This document shows, piece after piece, positions 38,535 to 48,451 of a stretch of 64,000 nucleotides of DNA (position 1 is the first letter of the stretch; each line of letters opens with the position of its first letter). The DNA lies in the NCBI GenBank assembly GCA_010356995.1, contig ML996693.1, positions 62,001 through 126,000 on the forward strand, written 5' to 3'. The position numbers were made by a program, and so were the translations under genes. The stretch comes from Trichodelitschia bisporula (lineage: Eukaryota). A model generated the notes under the pieces. The model saw nothing but the letters and a program-made list of their open reading frames with translations. It made no database searches and was not told the origin of the DNA.

Positions 38535-39256
38535 GGTTATGCCAAAGAGCCAATAGAAGCAGTGAGAGGTTTCATACCAAAGCTTAGTCACTCTGCTAGG
38601 GGCTGCCTTAGACGAATATCTGCCGTGTCCAGGAGATTCTTGGGCAGAGCGGAAGCAGAAGTACGTTCGGGGCCTTTCACACGATGGCAAAAGCTGTGGC
38701 ATCCTTAGAGATCTTAGCCACCTTGTCCAGGTAATCAAGTTTTTTCTGAAGGACAGCAGAAACTGTCACGTCCGGCAGCGCGCGTCGCCTATCGAGGTCT
38801 GGAGGGCGATGGATGTGTATCTGGGTTGCTGAACAGTATTGGCCAATATATTGCCGCAAGTGGCTACCCGCTATCAACCTTTCCTATCAAGTACGACGAA
38901 TCCTAAAAGATAGAAAGAATGCTAATGTTCGGTGCAGAAATCGGATAGTTCCTTCAATATCGGGGCAGATTCATGTCCCGTCAGGATATCAAAAACGGGA
39001 TTTGATTCGACGCTAGAAACCGCTAGTTCTAGTCACTGGCAAATCATACACCCAAAGCTCCAGCTCTCCATCAGATACCAAGGGCAATTGCCAAGACTTT
39101 AAGCTTGATATCAACTATCCTTCCAACCGAGACGTCCGATATCCATTCACCTAGCGTCTCACCTGAGGGCAATACTACATCCTTCAGCCTGATGTCAGTC
39201 ACTCATTATCCAACGAGCCTTACAATTGCAGCCCGGCATCCGCAGGAGATTGGTTC

Positions 39257-39505
39257 TCACGGCGTGGGAGCAAAAAGTGAGGCGGCACAAGCTGCCTGGC
39301 AAGTCCCAAAGGCCGTGTTGCAGCCGACGATAACAGCCGGAGCAGCAGGGGCGGCGACCGTTCCGAAGGTGAAGCCTGCGGCGGTATAGCAAGCCACCAC
39401 GAGTGTTGAGCAACCTCCCTGGCAGCCAGCATACAAGAGAGGACCGGCGGTGGCGGCCGGGATGAAGGCCGCGGCGGCGATGGAGACGAGAGTAAGAGGG
39501 CGCAT
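39257..39505 (-). CDS. Small secreted cysteine-rich protein (conserved GPxxY..CQ..C...ACY..AG.TFGTV...APTP family, function unknown)
   Basis: 82-aa ORF with good ATG context (CAAACATG), a ~20-aa signal peptide and six Cys. Confidence 0.88.
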   Translation of the reverse strand: MRPLTLVSIAAAAFIPAATAGPLLYAGCQGGCSTLVVACYTAAGFTFGTVAAPAAPAVIVGCNTAFGTCQAACAASLFAPTP

Positions 39506-40497
39506 GTTTGTTGCTTGGAAGCGGTAACTCCTGCTAATGGTAAGGCTTTGAGGTTGAAACGGAATGAAGCACTAACGTAAATTATCGGGTCAGGCTGAGA
39601 GTTGCTAGCGAAGATGTCTGGGTCGGAATGGTTTCTGAGTGAGGGACAGCTCTCTGGATGCGGGGTATTTAAGTGATCGTTCAGGCTGTGATCAGGCTGC
39701 TTGCAGATGGGGTTTCTCTCGAAGCTTCCGGGACTTCACATGGTGGACATGTTGTGGAACTTTGGAGGCCAATGGAGAATTGGCAAAGGGTGCCCCTTCA
39801 TGGCTGGCAGCATGCACCCATTCCGGGTAACTGTCCACTGCTTCCGCAGGATACTTCCGGTCAGCGACGGACAGCCGCCGATTAGCCTCGCAAACCTGCC
39901 AGCTTACGAAAGTGGCTTCCGAAGGGAGTCAGCGATATCTCGGATGAACGTGTTGTCTCTCATGAAAGTCAAGTAGCTCGTACCTGATGCACAGACTGCG
40001 AGTCGTGAACCACAGACATTCTATTTAAGCAAAGTGTGACCGCCCCTGTATCAGTGTATAGTGTGCACGAGCCTATGTAGCTCTCTTTGTTTCAAAGCAC
40101 AAAGGGGTGGACTGCCCCCATCAAACAAACGTGCAAGGCTGGGAAGCACGTAGGGCATCAACCTGTCGACGTCTGGCGCTTGACCGGGACGTTTCAGCAG
40201 GCCTAGGCGGTCGCCAAGACCGAAAAGTCTTGGCCACCGGGCAGCGAGAGAACAAGCCCTGACTTCATTCACTCCCCATCGCCCCGTCTCCTCTACAACA
40301 CACCCAACCACCCACCCGCAGACCTTGCGCCATCCATCACACGAACACGACGATTCATCAGAGAGTGCGCTTCACTGTCGCTAAATCCTCCATGTCTGTC
40401 GCACAACACCGTTGACCCCCCGTCGTCCGGCCACTCTCCCTCTCTCCAGCCCGCCCTCCCCACCAACATCACCTCATCCGCACAGCCACCAGCCGTC

Positions 40498-41454
40498 ATG
40501 GACAACTCCTTCCACCCCGCCATCGCGCAAGGCGCCGCTCAGTCACAACGCACCGATCACGACCGGCAAGGCGATGCGACGACACTGATGCGCCCGCAGA
40601 ACCCCTTGAAGAACTCGCCACTGGCCTACCTGCCTGAGAAGTCATGGGAGGCTATTCGGCCGCATCCCTCACAGAACCTCATCTCCATGTACGGGCTCGA
40701 TTCCATCGCGACATCGGTGCGCCGCATCGATCCTGTCACTGGCGAGAAGATCAACAAGTTGCGCAAGTCGTACGAAGGCAAGATAAAGGCGATGCATCTG
40801 GCTGGCGTTAACAAAGCCGTTAACGCTCCGGGCGAGTTCTTTCCGAACATCCTCATGTTTCCCGATGAAGAGTGGGATGTGCAGAAGGCTGCGGCCCATC
40901 GCATTTCGGGCGGGTTGAAGAGGCCGTTCCTTCGGAATCTCGATGCAGCAATGGAGATGGATCGCGGACCGCTGCCGGCTCAAGAGATGGAAAAGTGGCG
41001 TCGGATTGTGGGCTCGGACGATGTCGTGAAGAAGGCGGTCTCGGTGGCACCAGAACCGGTGCGCAAGGCACTCACTGGACGGGTCGGATCCTCGGTTCCC
41101 TCGCCTGGACTCAAAGCGGTGCGCCCAGATCGCCCCGAGCGCACGGGCACGAAGCGGCGCTACGACGACTCGAGCTTCAAGGGCTACGGCGAAGGCTACG
41201 CCGACGACGACTTGGAGGGCGACGACGACGGTGGTGTGGGAGGCGTGAGGAAGAAGCAGCGGCGGAAGGTGTGCCTAACCTTGCCCTTGCCTATTCTTCC
41301 ACCATCACACCCTTGTTTGCTCGAGACACGGTCTATCTTTTTATATACTGTGGCTAACGCACTAGCTGTGATGCAGGACTACCCCGTCGGCACACCTCTC
41401 GGCCAGAACCAGCAGTACAACGTCGGACTGATGGCCGGTGGCTCCCGTCGATGA
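40498..41454 (+). CDS. ROX3: Mediator subunit Med19/Rox3
   Basis: PHPSQNLISMYGL...RRIDPVTGEKINKLRKSYEGKIK, KRRYDDSSFKGYGEGY and a basic KK..RRK tail. Probable intron at 41269-41376. Confidence 0.9.
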   Translation: MDNSFHPAIAQGAAQSQRTDHDRQGDATTLMRPQNPLKNSPLAYLPEKSWEAIRPHPSQNLISMYGLDSIATSVRRIDPVTGEKINKLRKSYEGKIKAMHLAGVNKAVNAPGEFFPNILMFPDEEWDVQKAAAHRISGGLKRPFLRNLDAAMEMDRGPLPAQEMEKWRRIVGSDDVVKKAVSVAPEPVRKALTGRVGSSVPSPGLKAVRPDRPERTGTKRRYDDSSFKGYGEGYADDDLEGDDDGGVGGVRKKQRRKVCLTLPLPILPPSHPCLLETRSIFLYTVANALAVMQDYPVGTPLGQNQQYNVGLMAGGSRR

Positions 41455-42049
41455 TCATCGCATTATTACTTGTTTTTACACGCACGAACGGATTATTAGC
41501 ACTCGGCTCGCTCCATATACCCCGCTAATGGACATACAACGGTTGATAAAAGGGACACAGGCGTTCAGGTGCTGGGAGGCCTTTGGGGCCAAAAGGGTGG
41601 CATCGGGTTTGTACTTTTGAGCGCACGCTCTCGGACAGTGGGGCGGTTCTCCAGTAATGGAGATATGTATTTCCTTGCTTTTGTCCGATGATAGTGGGCA
41701 ACCTTGTGTTTATGACATGGCATGTGTTGCTGATCCAACAAGAAAGCTATAAACAGACGAGCGGAGGCAAGAGTTGACGTTTGTGCTAATGCCAATTTTC
41801 TCTGATCTTGATTGTACTGTTCTTAGGTGAATGCCATGGGGATTGTGCATTTGAATTGACTTGAATAGCTGATCGCCGTCGCTCTTGCTCTACGGTTCAT
41901 CTCTTGCCGTTGTGTGTTGTTTCGGTCATATGTGCCCACCGAGGTACCGTACCTTCTCCATAGGAAGACATCTATCTAACCCAACGCGAAGCTTCATCCT
42001 ACGTCATTTTTCAATGCTCTTGCCTTCCCTTCTCTAGTGGTCCCTTCGT

Positions 42050-42345
42050 TTGTCGCTCTTTCTCTTCTCCCTCCTTCCCATGTCGCTCCTTCCATTCTCC
42101 CTTCTTCTCATGTCGTCCCTTCTCTTCTCGCCCCTTCTCATGTCGTCCCTTCTCTTCTCGCCCCTTCTCATGTCGTTCCTTCTCCTCTCGCCCCTTCTCA
42201 TGTCGTTCCTTCTCTTCTCGCCCCTTCTCATGTCGTTCCTTCTCTTTTCGCCCCTTCTTATGTCGTTCCTTCTCTTCTCGTTCCTTCTCATGTCGCTCCT
42301 TCTTTGCCGGCCCTTTCTCGTGTCGTTCCTTCTCGTGTCGTCACT
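42050..42345 (+). repeat. 30-bp pyrimidine-rich minisatellite, ~9-10 copies (TCTCTTCTCGCCCCTTCTCATGTCGTTCCT)
   Basis: Near-perfect core copies at 42121-42300 with degenerate flanking copies. Confidence 0.95.
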
Positions 42346-42743
42346 TCTCTTTGTCGTCCGTTATCTTCGCCACGTCGTCTCCAGGCTCTTACAACTGTTC
42401 CAACCACCTCTCTATATCCGGATGTCGTCCGTCTCTTCACTTATGAAGACCATATCTTCATGCCATTCGGTACATCTCCATCCCGCATTGCCGCACCTGC
42501 TTACCTCTCACGCAGATGAAGTATCAAAGCGGGCAGCCGCGGTGGCCCACCACGAAGGACGTGCTGCAAAAATCGAGCGAAAGAAGGGTGACGAGAACAG
42601 GAGCCCACACAAAGTCGGGGAATCAGCCAGACGTTCAGCACTCGGATAACGGAGAATGGACAACATTCCACAGGCCGATTGCTTCAAGTCTGACAGACTT
42701 TCTGCAGTACAAAGCTGAATTTGTTACTATCCCTATGGCACCT

Positions 42744-45391
42744 TCAAGACCCCGACTCAGCCGAAGGACGCGCATTACCTGACTCCGTCGCCGCCCTGCG
42801 CATCGTCATCATCAACCCGGCAATCCCCTGCTCCGCCCTCCGAACAGGAAGAATCTCATTAAGGCCAAGGAAGTGCCATGCACGCTCCCAAGGCTTCTCT
42901 CTCACTCTCTCCTTCTCTCTCCCTCTACCTTCCCACAAGCCAGAAATCGCAAATACCAATACTAACACCCCACACTCAACCGCCAGCATCGCCGCCCAAA
43001 CCGGCACCAGCAGCGCCCGGAGCCCGAGCAAACCCCACGCTGCTGCCCGCGCCGCGAGCCCCGGAACCCGCTGCCACACACGCCGGTGCCGCGCACGTGC
43101 CGCCTCTTCCTCGCGCTGCGCTTGGGCTAGGGAAAGGAGGACCTTGTCGCGTGCGCTGCGCGCGCCTCTCCCCTCGCCGGTCGGAGACACAGGCCCGACG
43201 TCGGCGTCTTTTTCCCCATTTGTGCGGCTCCGCGGCCGCGGAGACCGGAAGTGCTGCACCAGTGCTGCGATCTCACCGCGTGGCAGCGCTACTGCGGTGC
43301 CCTCCAACAGGAACAGTGCGTACACCCACCCTACCGCCGTATGACGGGCCTTGCGTACAGGGGGCTTGGCCTGCGCGGCGTGGCGCGTGAGGCGCGCGGC
43401 GCGGGCAGGCCAGACGGTGTGGGGGCAGGCGCGCATGCGGTCCCGCAGGGCGTTTGAGAAGGCTTCGGCGAGGGTAGAGGCTGCGTCGGAGAGGGTGCTG
43501 AGGTTGAAGACGAAGAGGGCGGTAGCGAGAAAGATGGCAGGCAAGACGGCGGCGAAGGCGTGCCAGGTTGCGCGACCCGACGGGATCCATTGCATGCCGA
43601 AGAGGTCGGTGGCGAAGGAGAGGGGGAAGAAGAGTATGGTGATGTACGTCAACAGGCGAATGTTTTCGCCCTGGCGCACGGCGGTGCGCGAGTCGAAGAG
43701 CGCCGAGGCGGAGATGAGGCCCCGGCGGAGGTCTTTGATTTCGGCGCGGTGCTTTTGCAGGCGTGTTATCTTGCGGCTGAGCTGGGTGTGGGCGCTGTCG
43801 ATGTCCGCTATGCTGCGGGCCCAGGCGGCGGGGGATATGCCAGGGTGGTGGTGCAGCTTGGGGAGGGAGTGGGCTTTGAAGTCGGCCCAGGTGGTGATTG
43901 TTTCGGCAATTGTTTCCTCGAACAGTTTGTATGCTTGGAGGGCCCAGAAGTAGCGCTTCGACAGGCTGAAGTGCGGGTCGTCAGCCATCAGGTCCGAGCG
44001 ATCGGCCATGAAGACGATCTCGCCAGCCGAAGTGATCTCGTCGTGCACGGTATCGATGGCGCTCTGCCACCGCCAGCACACGTGGTGCAGGGTAACGGCG
44101 ATCCAGGACAGGAGCAGCAGCGCGGGCGGCTCGGCTGGGTTATAGGTCCTGAAGGCGTGGTCCTCAGGCGTGGGGCGCTGGTAGGGATCGTATTTGAAGT
44201 AAGCGTCGGCGAGCTGGACACAAGTCAGAACGTCGCTAAAGTGGCCGATGAGCAGGAGCGAGCGCGTCTCCTCGTGGATGTACTTTGTCTCGCCGCTGGG
44301 ATCGATGCCGAAGGGCGCGGATCGCCGGATACTGCGCGGATCAGGCCGGGCGCTTTTGGTGTCGTGGGCTTCGCCTGTGACGTAGAAGAAGGAGAAGTGG
44401 TACTCGAAGGTGTAGGAGCTCCAGCTCTGCCGGGGTTAGTATTGTATCGAGCTGATATCAGGGCATATGGCTCCCGAGGCTAACATACTAGATCGCCGAA
44501 CTTGAGCAGGCTCGCTCGCGCCCAGTTGCTAAACTTCAAGTGCCGCTCCATGAACGCAACCAAGTAGCTGAGATCGATACTCGGCGTCGCGGCTAGCAGC
44601 GCCGTCAATACCACGGGACTAACGTCGACGATCTGCACCACGCGCGCCGCCGTCCCTCCGCCCCCATCGCCATCCAAATACTCCCGTTCCCGCAGTCTCG
44701 CCCATAACTCTCCAACGCGTCCGCGCATTTCATACCACCTCCCAACCTCGCCCCCCTTCGCGCCGCCACCATAATCTGCAATCCCAACCCGTGCCCTGCC
44801 CTTTCCACCCCCGGGGTTCCGTGTCTCGCGTAGGAAAGAGGTGAGGACGGGGTAGGCGGCTTCGTAGCTCCAGTGCGCCCAGGCGTTTTTGGGGGAGTGG
44901 AGGATGGGGGAGATGCTGGGTGGGGGGCTGTGGGCGTGGAAGGCCTGCTTGAAGGGGGGACTGGAGCGGGAGGGGCTGCTAAGAATGGCGGTCCAGGCTG
45001 CTGCTGCTGGGGAGGGGGGCGCGGTTGAGGAGGATGTGGGGAGAGTCGTGGAAGCCGAGGAGAGAGGAGTGGAGGAGGAGGTGGGGCGAGAAGAGGAGCG
45101 TGTGTGTCGTCGCGGCCCGTCGCCGGCTGCTGAGTCACGGCTTCCCGGTGCGCTATCACGGCTTCCCGGCGCAGTGTCGCCTGCCGGTCGGCTCGGGCGC
45201 TGGTTCTCGAGGCTGGAGTGGATGGCGCGGAGGAGGGATATCATCGCTGTATTCTGCGCTGCTAGCTCGGCGTTTCGATCGAGGACTGCGCGGATGAGTG
45301 GCGCGAGGTGTTCCGGACTCTGGGTGCTGGCTTGAGAGATCGTGGTTGCGGTGTCGTGCGCGTCGTAGGCTGGTGGATCTGGGGTGGACAT
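42744..45391 (-). CDS. Fungal CorA-like membrane protein (Mg2+ transporter-like C-terminal domain)
   Basis: A coiled region followed by RQGENIRLLTYITILFFPLSFATDLFGMQ and a second TM helix. Intron 44427-44488 (GTATGT...ACTAAC...CAG) joins exon 1 in frame. The signature is GMQ, not GMN, so transport function is uncertain. Confidence 0.8.
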
Positions 45392-46457
45392 TATGGTTAC
45401 TAGTTCTAGTATCGCGCATCAATGAGTGATGGAGGGGACCCGCGCGAACGAAAGACGAGGGACGTAAAGTAGCGATGAAGGAACGAACGACGATAAACAC
45501 AGCCTGACTCCCCCTCCCGGCGATGCCATGAGGCTTGCTTATACACCATCCCGCGTTCACATCCCCCGGCCACAAGCGCGCAAGGCTCGCGCTAAATATA
45601 TCCCCGCGCGGAACCTCCCGCTCCCCTCATCCCTTCACCCACACATCATTCGCTCGCTTGGGACAGGGCTCGTATCTTGCGACCGCGAGGGTGGGTGCGT
45701 GAACCAGACTTTTACTGCAAGGAAGCCAGGTGCGCGGTATTGCTAGACCAGTTGTTGCAATCGGGTTCTGGTGAAGAATGGCAGTGTTGAGCCGCGAGCC
45801 CGATGTGAAGATAAGCTCGTCGTTCGTCGGGTTTGGCGCCTTGGGAGGCTTATCTCTCGATCAAGGTATATGGGCGCCGCGCCACAGGCTTCTCAGCCTC
45901 CTCCACCATGGGATGCATCACAAGTACTGTAGAATGGAAACATCGCCGTTCGCGCTCCAGACTCGAGAAACCAAGCCATCCACCGCGGAGAATGGCATAC
46001 TTTGGGGTACCCGGTGGGCAGTGCCCCGGTCACCCATCCCAGTGCAACTCCCCCATCTCAGCCCCCAAACCTGCGTAATAGGGGCCAGATGGACAGGGCT
46101 TCTGCTTCCGGATTGGGAAGGAGAGATGTGGTTGGATGCGGAGAAGATCTACGCAGTTACGTGTGATTTTCGTATGTGATGAGGGCTTCATAACATTTCC
46201 AAAGGTGTTGATTTAGGGCCTATGTTATTTTTAAACTGCTCTACTCGCGAAGGGGACGTCGGGGTGGAGTCGAGGCTCCAGGGCCGATGTGCGTTGCATG
46301 ACGGCCTGTACGGCCCGTACCCCGTGCCCCACAAGGCTGGACATCCCTCAGCCTTTCTCCAAACACCACGCAATGACAGCAATGTAGCAACAATAATCAA
46401 ACACCATCCATTGCCGATAACCACCTCATCCATTCAATTTAACCCTCCCCTCAACCT

Positions 46458-47846
46458 TTAAGTATACCAAGTCGGCACCGGAAGCTCCCCAAGCAAGAAA
46501 TACCTCCCCAACTCCCTCCTCTTATACGCAACCGGATCATGCAAGCTATGCGTCCTCACATCCCTCCAAAACCGATCTAGCCCAGCAGACCGACTCGTCG
46601 CCTTCGCGCCTGTGACTTCGAACACGTCTGACGTAACGCGGAGCCCGACATCCGTCGCCGCAACTTTCGCGCTCGCGACCCACTCCGCGACTTCACCCCT
46701 CCGCTCCGCGCTGACGTCCCGGGCCTCGCTGTGCTCGGCGTAAAGGGTGGAGAGTTCGGCCCCAGCCCGGTCTGCGAGCGTTTCCACGGCGCGCACGGAG
46801 GCGAAAAAGGCCCCATAGCGCTCGAGGATGTAGAACTCGTCTGTGGCTGCGGTCTTGACGTCGCCGCCGAAGGGCCACGGCCGCGTGGAGCGCGTCGTAT
46901 ACGCTCGCGCCGCGTCGAGCGCGCCTTGCGTGATGCCGAGGTAGAAGTTGGCGAAGACGAGTTGGATGGTTGGGAGGAGGAGGGTTGCGTACGGGACTTC
47001 CAGGATTCCGGGGATTGGGGCTTTGGTGTGCGGGTCGTAGCCGAGGGCGTCGGTCCAGGGGGCGCGGACGGCGTTGATGCGCACGCCGCCGGACTCGGTG
47101 AGGCGCAGGCCTATGTTGTTCCAGTTGTGCGCGAAGACGATGCCCTCCTGGCGCGTCTCCACGAAGGCAAAAACATGCTTCTCCGTCCCCGCGATCACGC
47201 CCTCCAGCACGGTGAGATCGCTCACCACGCCGCCCGTATTAAAATGCTTGCTCCCCGAGAACACAACCCCACCCTCCTCCTCCGTAACCTCCAAATCCGC
47301 ATCCCGCGGATTCACCGCCCCGCCGATGAACAAATTCTCGCGCGTAATCTTCTCGCCCCAGTAAGCCGCTTGCGCTGGCGTCCCGACGACGGAGGCGGTT
47401 TGAGACCAGAGTAGAGAGTAGCCGAGTAGCATGCCGATGCTCCCGTCCCCCTTTGCGACTTCGCGGATGGCGCGGTAGGCGACGCTCCAGGGCTGGGCGC
47501 CGCCGCCCCATGAGGCCCGGCCGAGGACGCGCAGCAATCCCGAGGACTTAAGTAAAGAGACTTCGGCGACCGGGGAGGCGTTGGCCGCGTCTCGCTGTGT
47601 CGCGTCGGCGGCCAAGATGGCAGCCACATCCTGAGCACGGGAAATCCACCCTTGCGCAGTTGTGGGTTGCCCCTCTTGGGAGAAGCGTGCGGCGTGGGGA
47701 GTGTAGACTGCGGGGTCGGTTGCGGGGTGCAGGGTGGACATGGTGGATTTGTAGGAGTCGTCTGTGTCTGAGTCGGTGTCGGATAGGTATTGAGGGTTGG
47801 GGGGACTGAGGAGGGAGGCGAAGACTAGGGATATTAGGCTGGACAT
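46458..47846 (-). CDS. Acyl-CoA-dehydrogenase-fold flavin-dependent monooxygenase, DszC/SfnB-like (desulfurizing enzyme family)
   Basis: LKSSGLL, DGSIGMLLGY, GSKHFNTG, WNNIGLRLTESG, GLDRFWRDVRTHSLHDPVAYK. Intronless. The start may be the ATG at 47741. Confidence 0.9.
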   Translation of the reverse strand: MSSLISLVFASLLSPPNPQYLSDTDSDTDDSYKSTMSTLHPATDPAVYTPHAARFSQEGQPTTAQGWISRAQDVAAILAADATQRDAANASPVAEVSLLKSSGLLRVLGRASWGGGAQPWSVAYRAIREVAKGDGSIGMLLGYSLLWSQTASVVGTPAQAAYWGEKITRENLFIGGAVNPRDADLEVTEEEGGVVFSGSKHFNTGGVVSDLTVLEGVIAGTEKHVFAFVETRQEGIVFAHNWNNIGLRLTESGGVRINAVRAPWTDALGYDPHTKAPIPGILEVPYATLLLPTIQLVFANFYLGITQGALDAARAYTTRSTRPWPFGGDVKTAATDEFYILERYGAFFASVRAVETLADRAGAELSTLYAEHSEARDVSAERRGEVAEWVASAKVAATDVGLRVTSDVFEVTGAKATSRSAGLDRFWRDVRTHSLHDPVAYKRRELGRYFLLGELPVPTWYT

Positions 47847-48451
47847 AGGATGCGGGTTGAGTGTTTATAGGTGTTCGTAGGTGGTTGGTTGTGGTGGCGT
47901 TTGGGGGGGTGTGGTGAGTTAGGCTGGGATGGCGTGCGAGGCTGAGGGAAGGCGCTGACGCCATTTGGGAGGGGGATTGCGGCGTGTGGGGACTGCCGCG
48001 CGGGTGGAGAGGTAAGCGCACCTGGGCGGCGACATCCACTGCGGGAAGGAGAGATGGACTACGGCTAGAGTAAGCGCGTAGCGTGAGCGACGCTGTTGGG
48101 GAAGTAATGATGTGGTGTGGGCGGGGAAGGCTGCATGTCGTGGCTGGGCGGAATTATCCCCGCAGGTCAATTGCCTCATATTCATCCACTCGTCTTGCGG
48201 GGAAAGATGATGGCGCCATTGCTTGAGACTCTGGGCGCATAATTCGCGTCTGGCTATACGAATGAGTATCTTTTCTGGCGTCGGTTAGCCCAACTGGCAT
48301 CCAACACGAACGCACGGCAACCAGAACGGGACTGTCAAGACGCGCATCAAGTCCATTGAGCGTCGCCAAGGTACCTCCGGGTAACCCTTTGCGAGATATT
48401 GGTCCCCACAATATCAGCTCACAGCTCAAGTTCGGAGATCCCCACACTCCT

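Noticed and set aside
42050..42345. CRISPR-like array
   Set aside because: The units are contiguous with no unique spacers, the context is eukaryotic, and no cas genes are present.
46458..47846. Bacterial contamination or recent horizontal insert
   Set aside because: It is flanked by intron-containing fungal genes and shows the same local C/G skew pattern as its neighbours.
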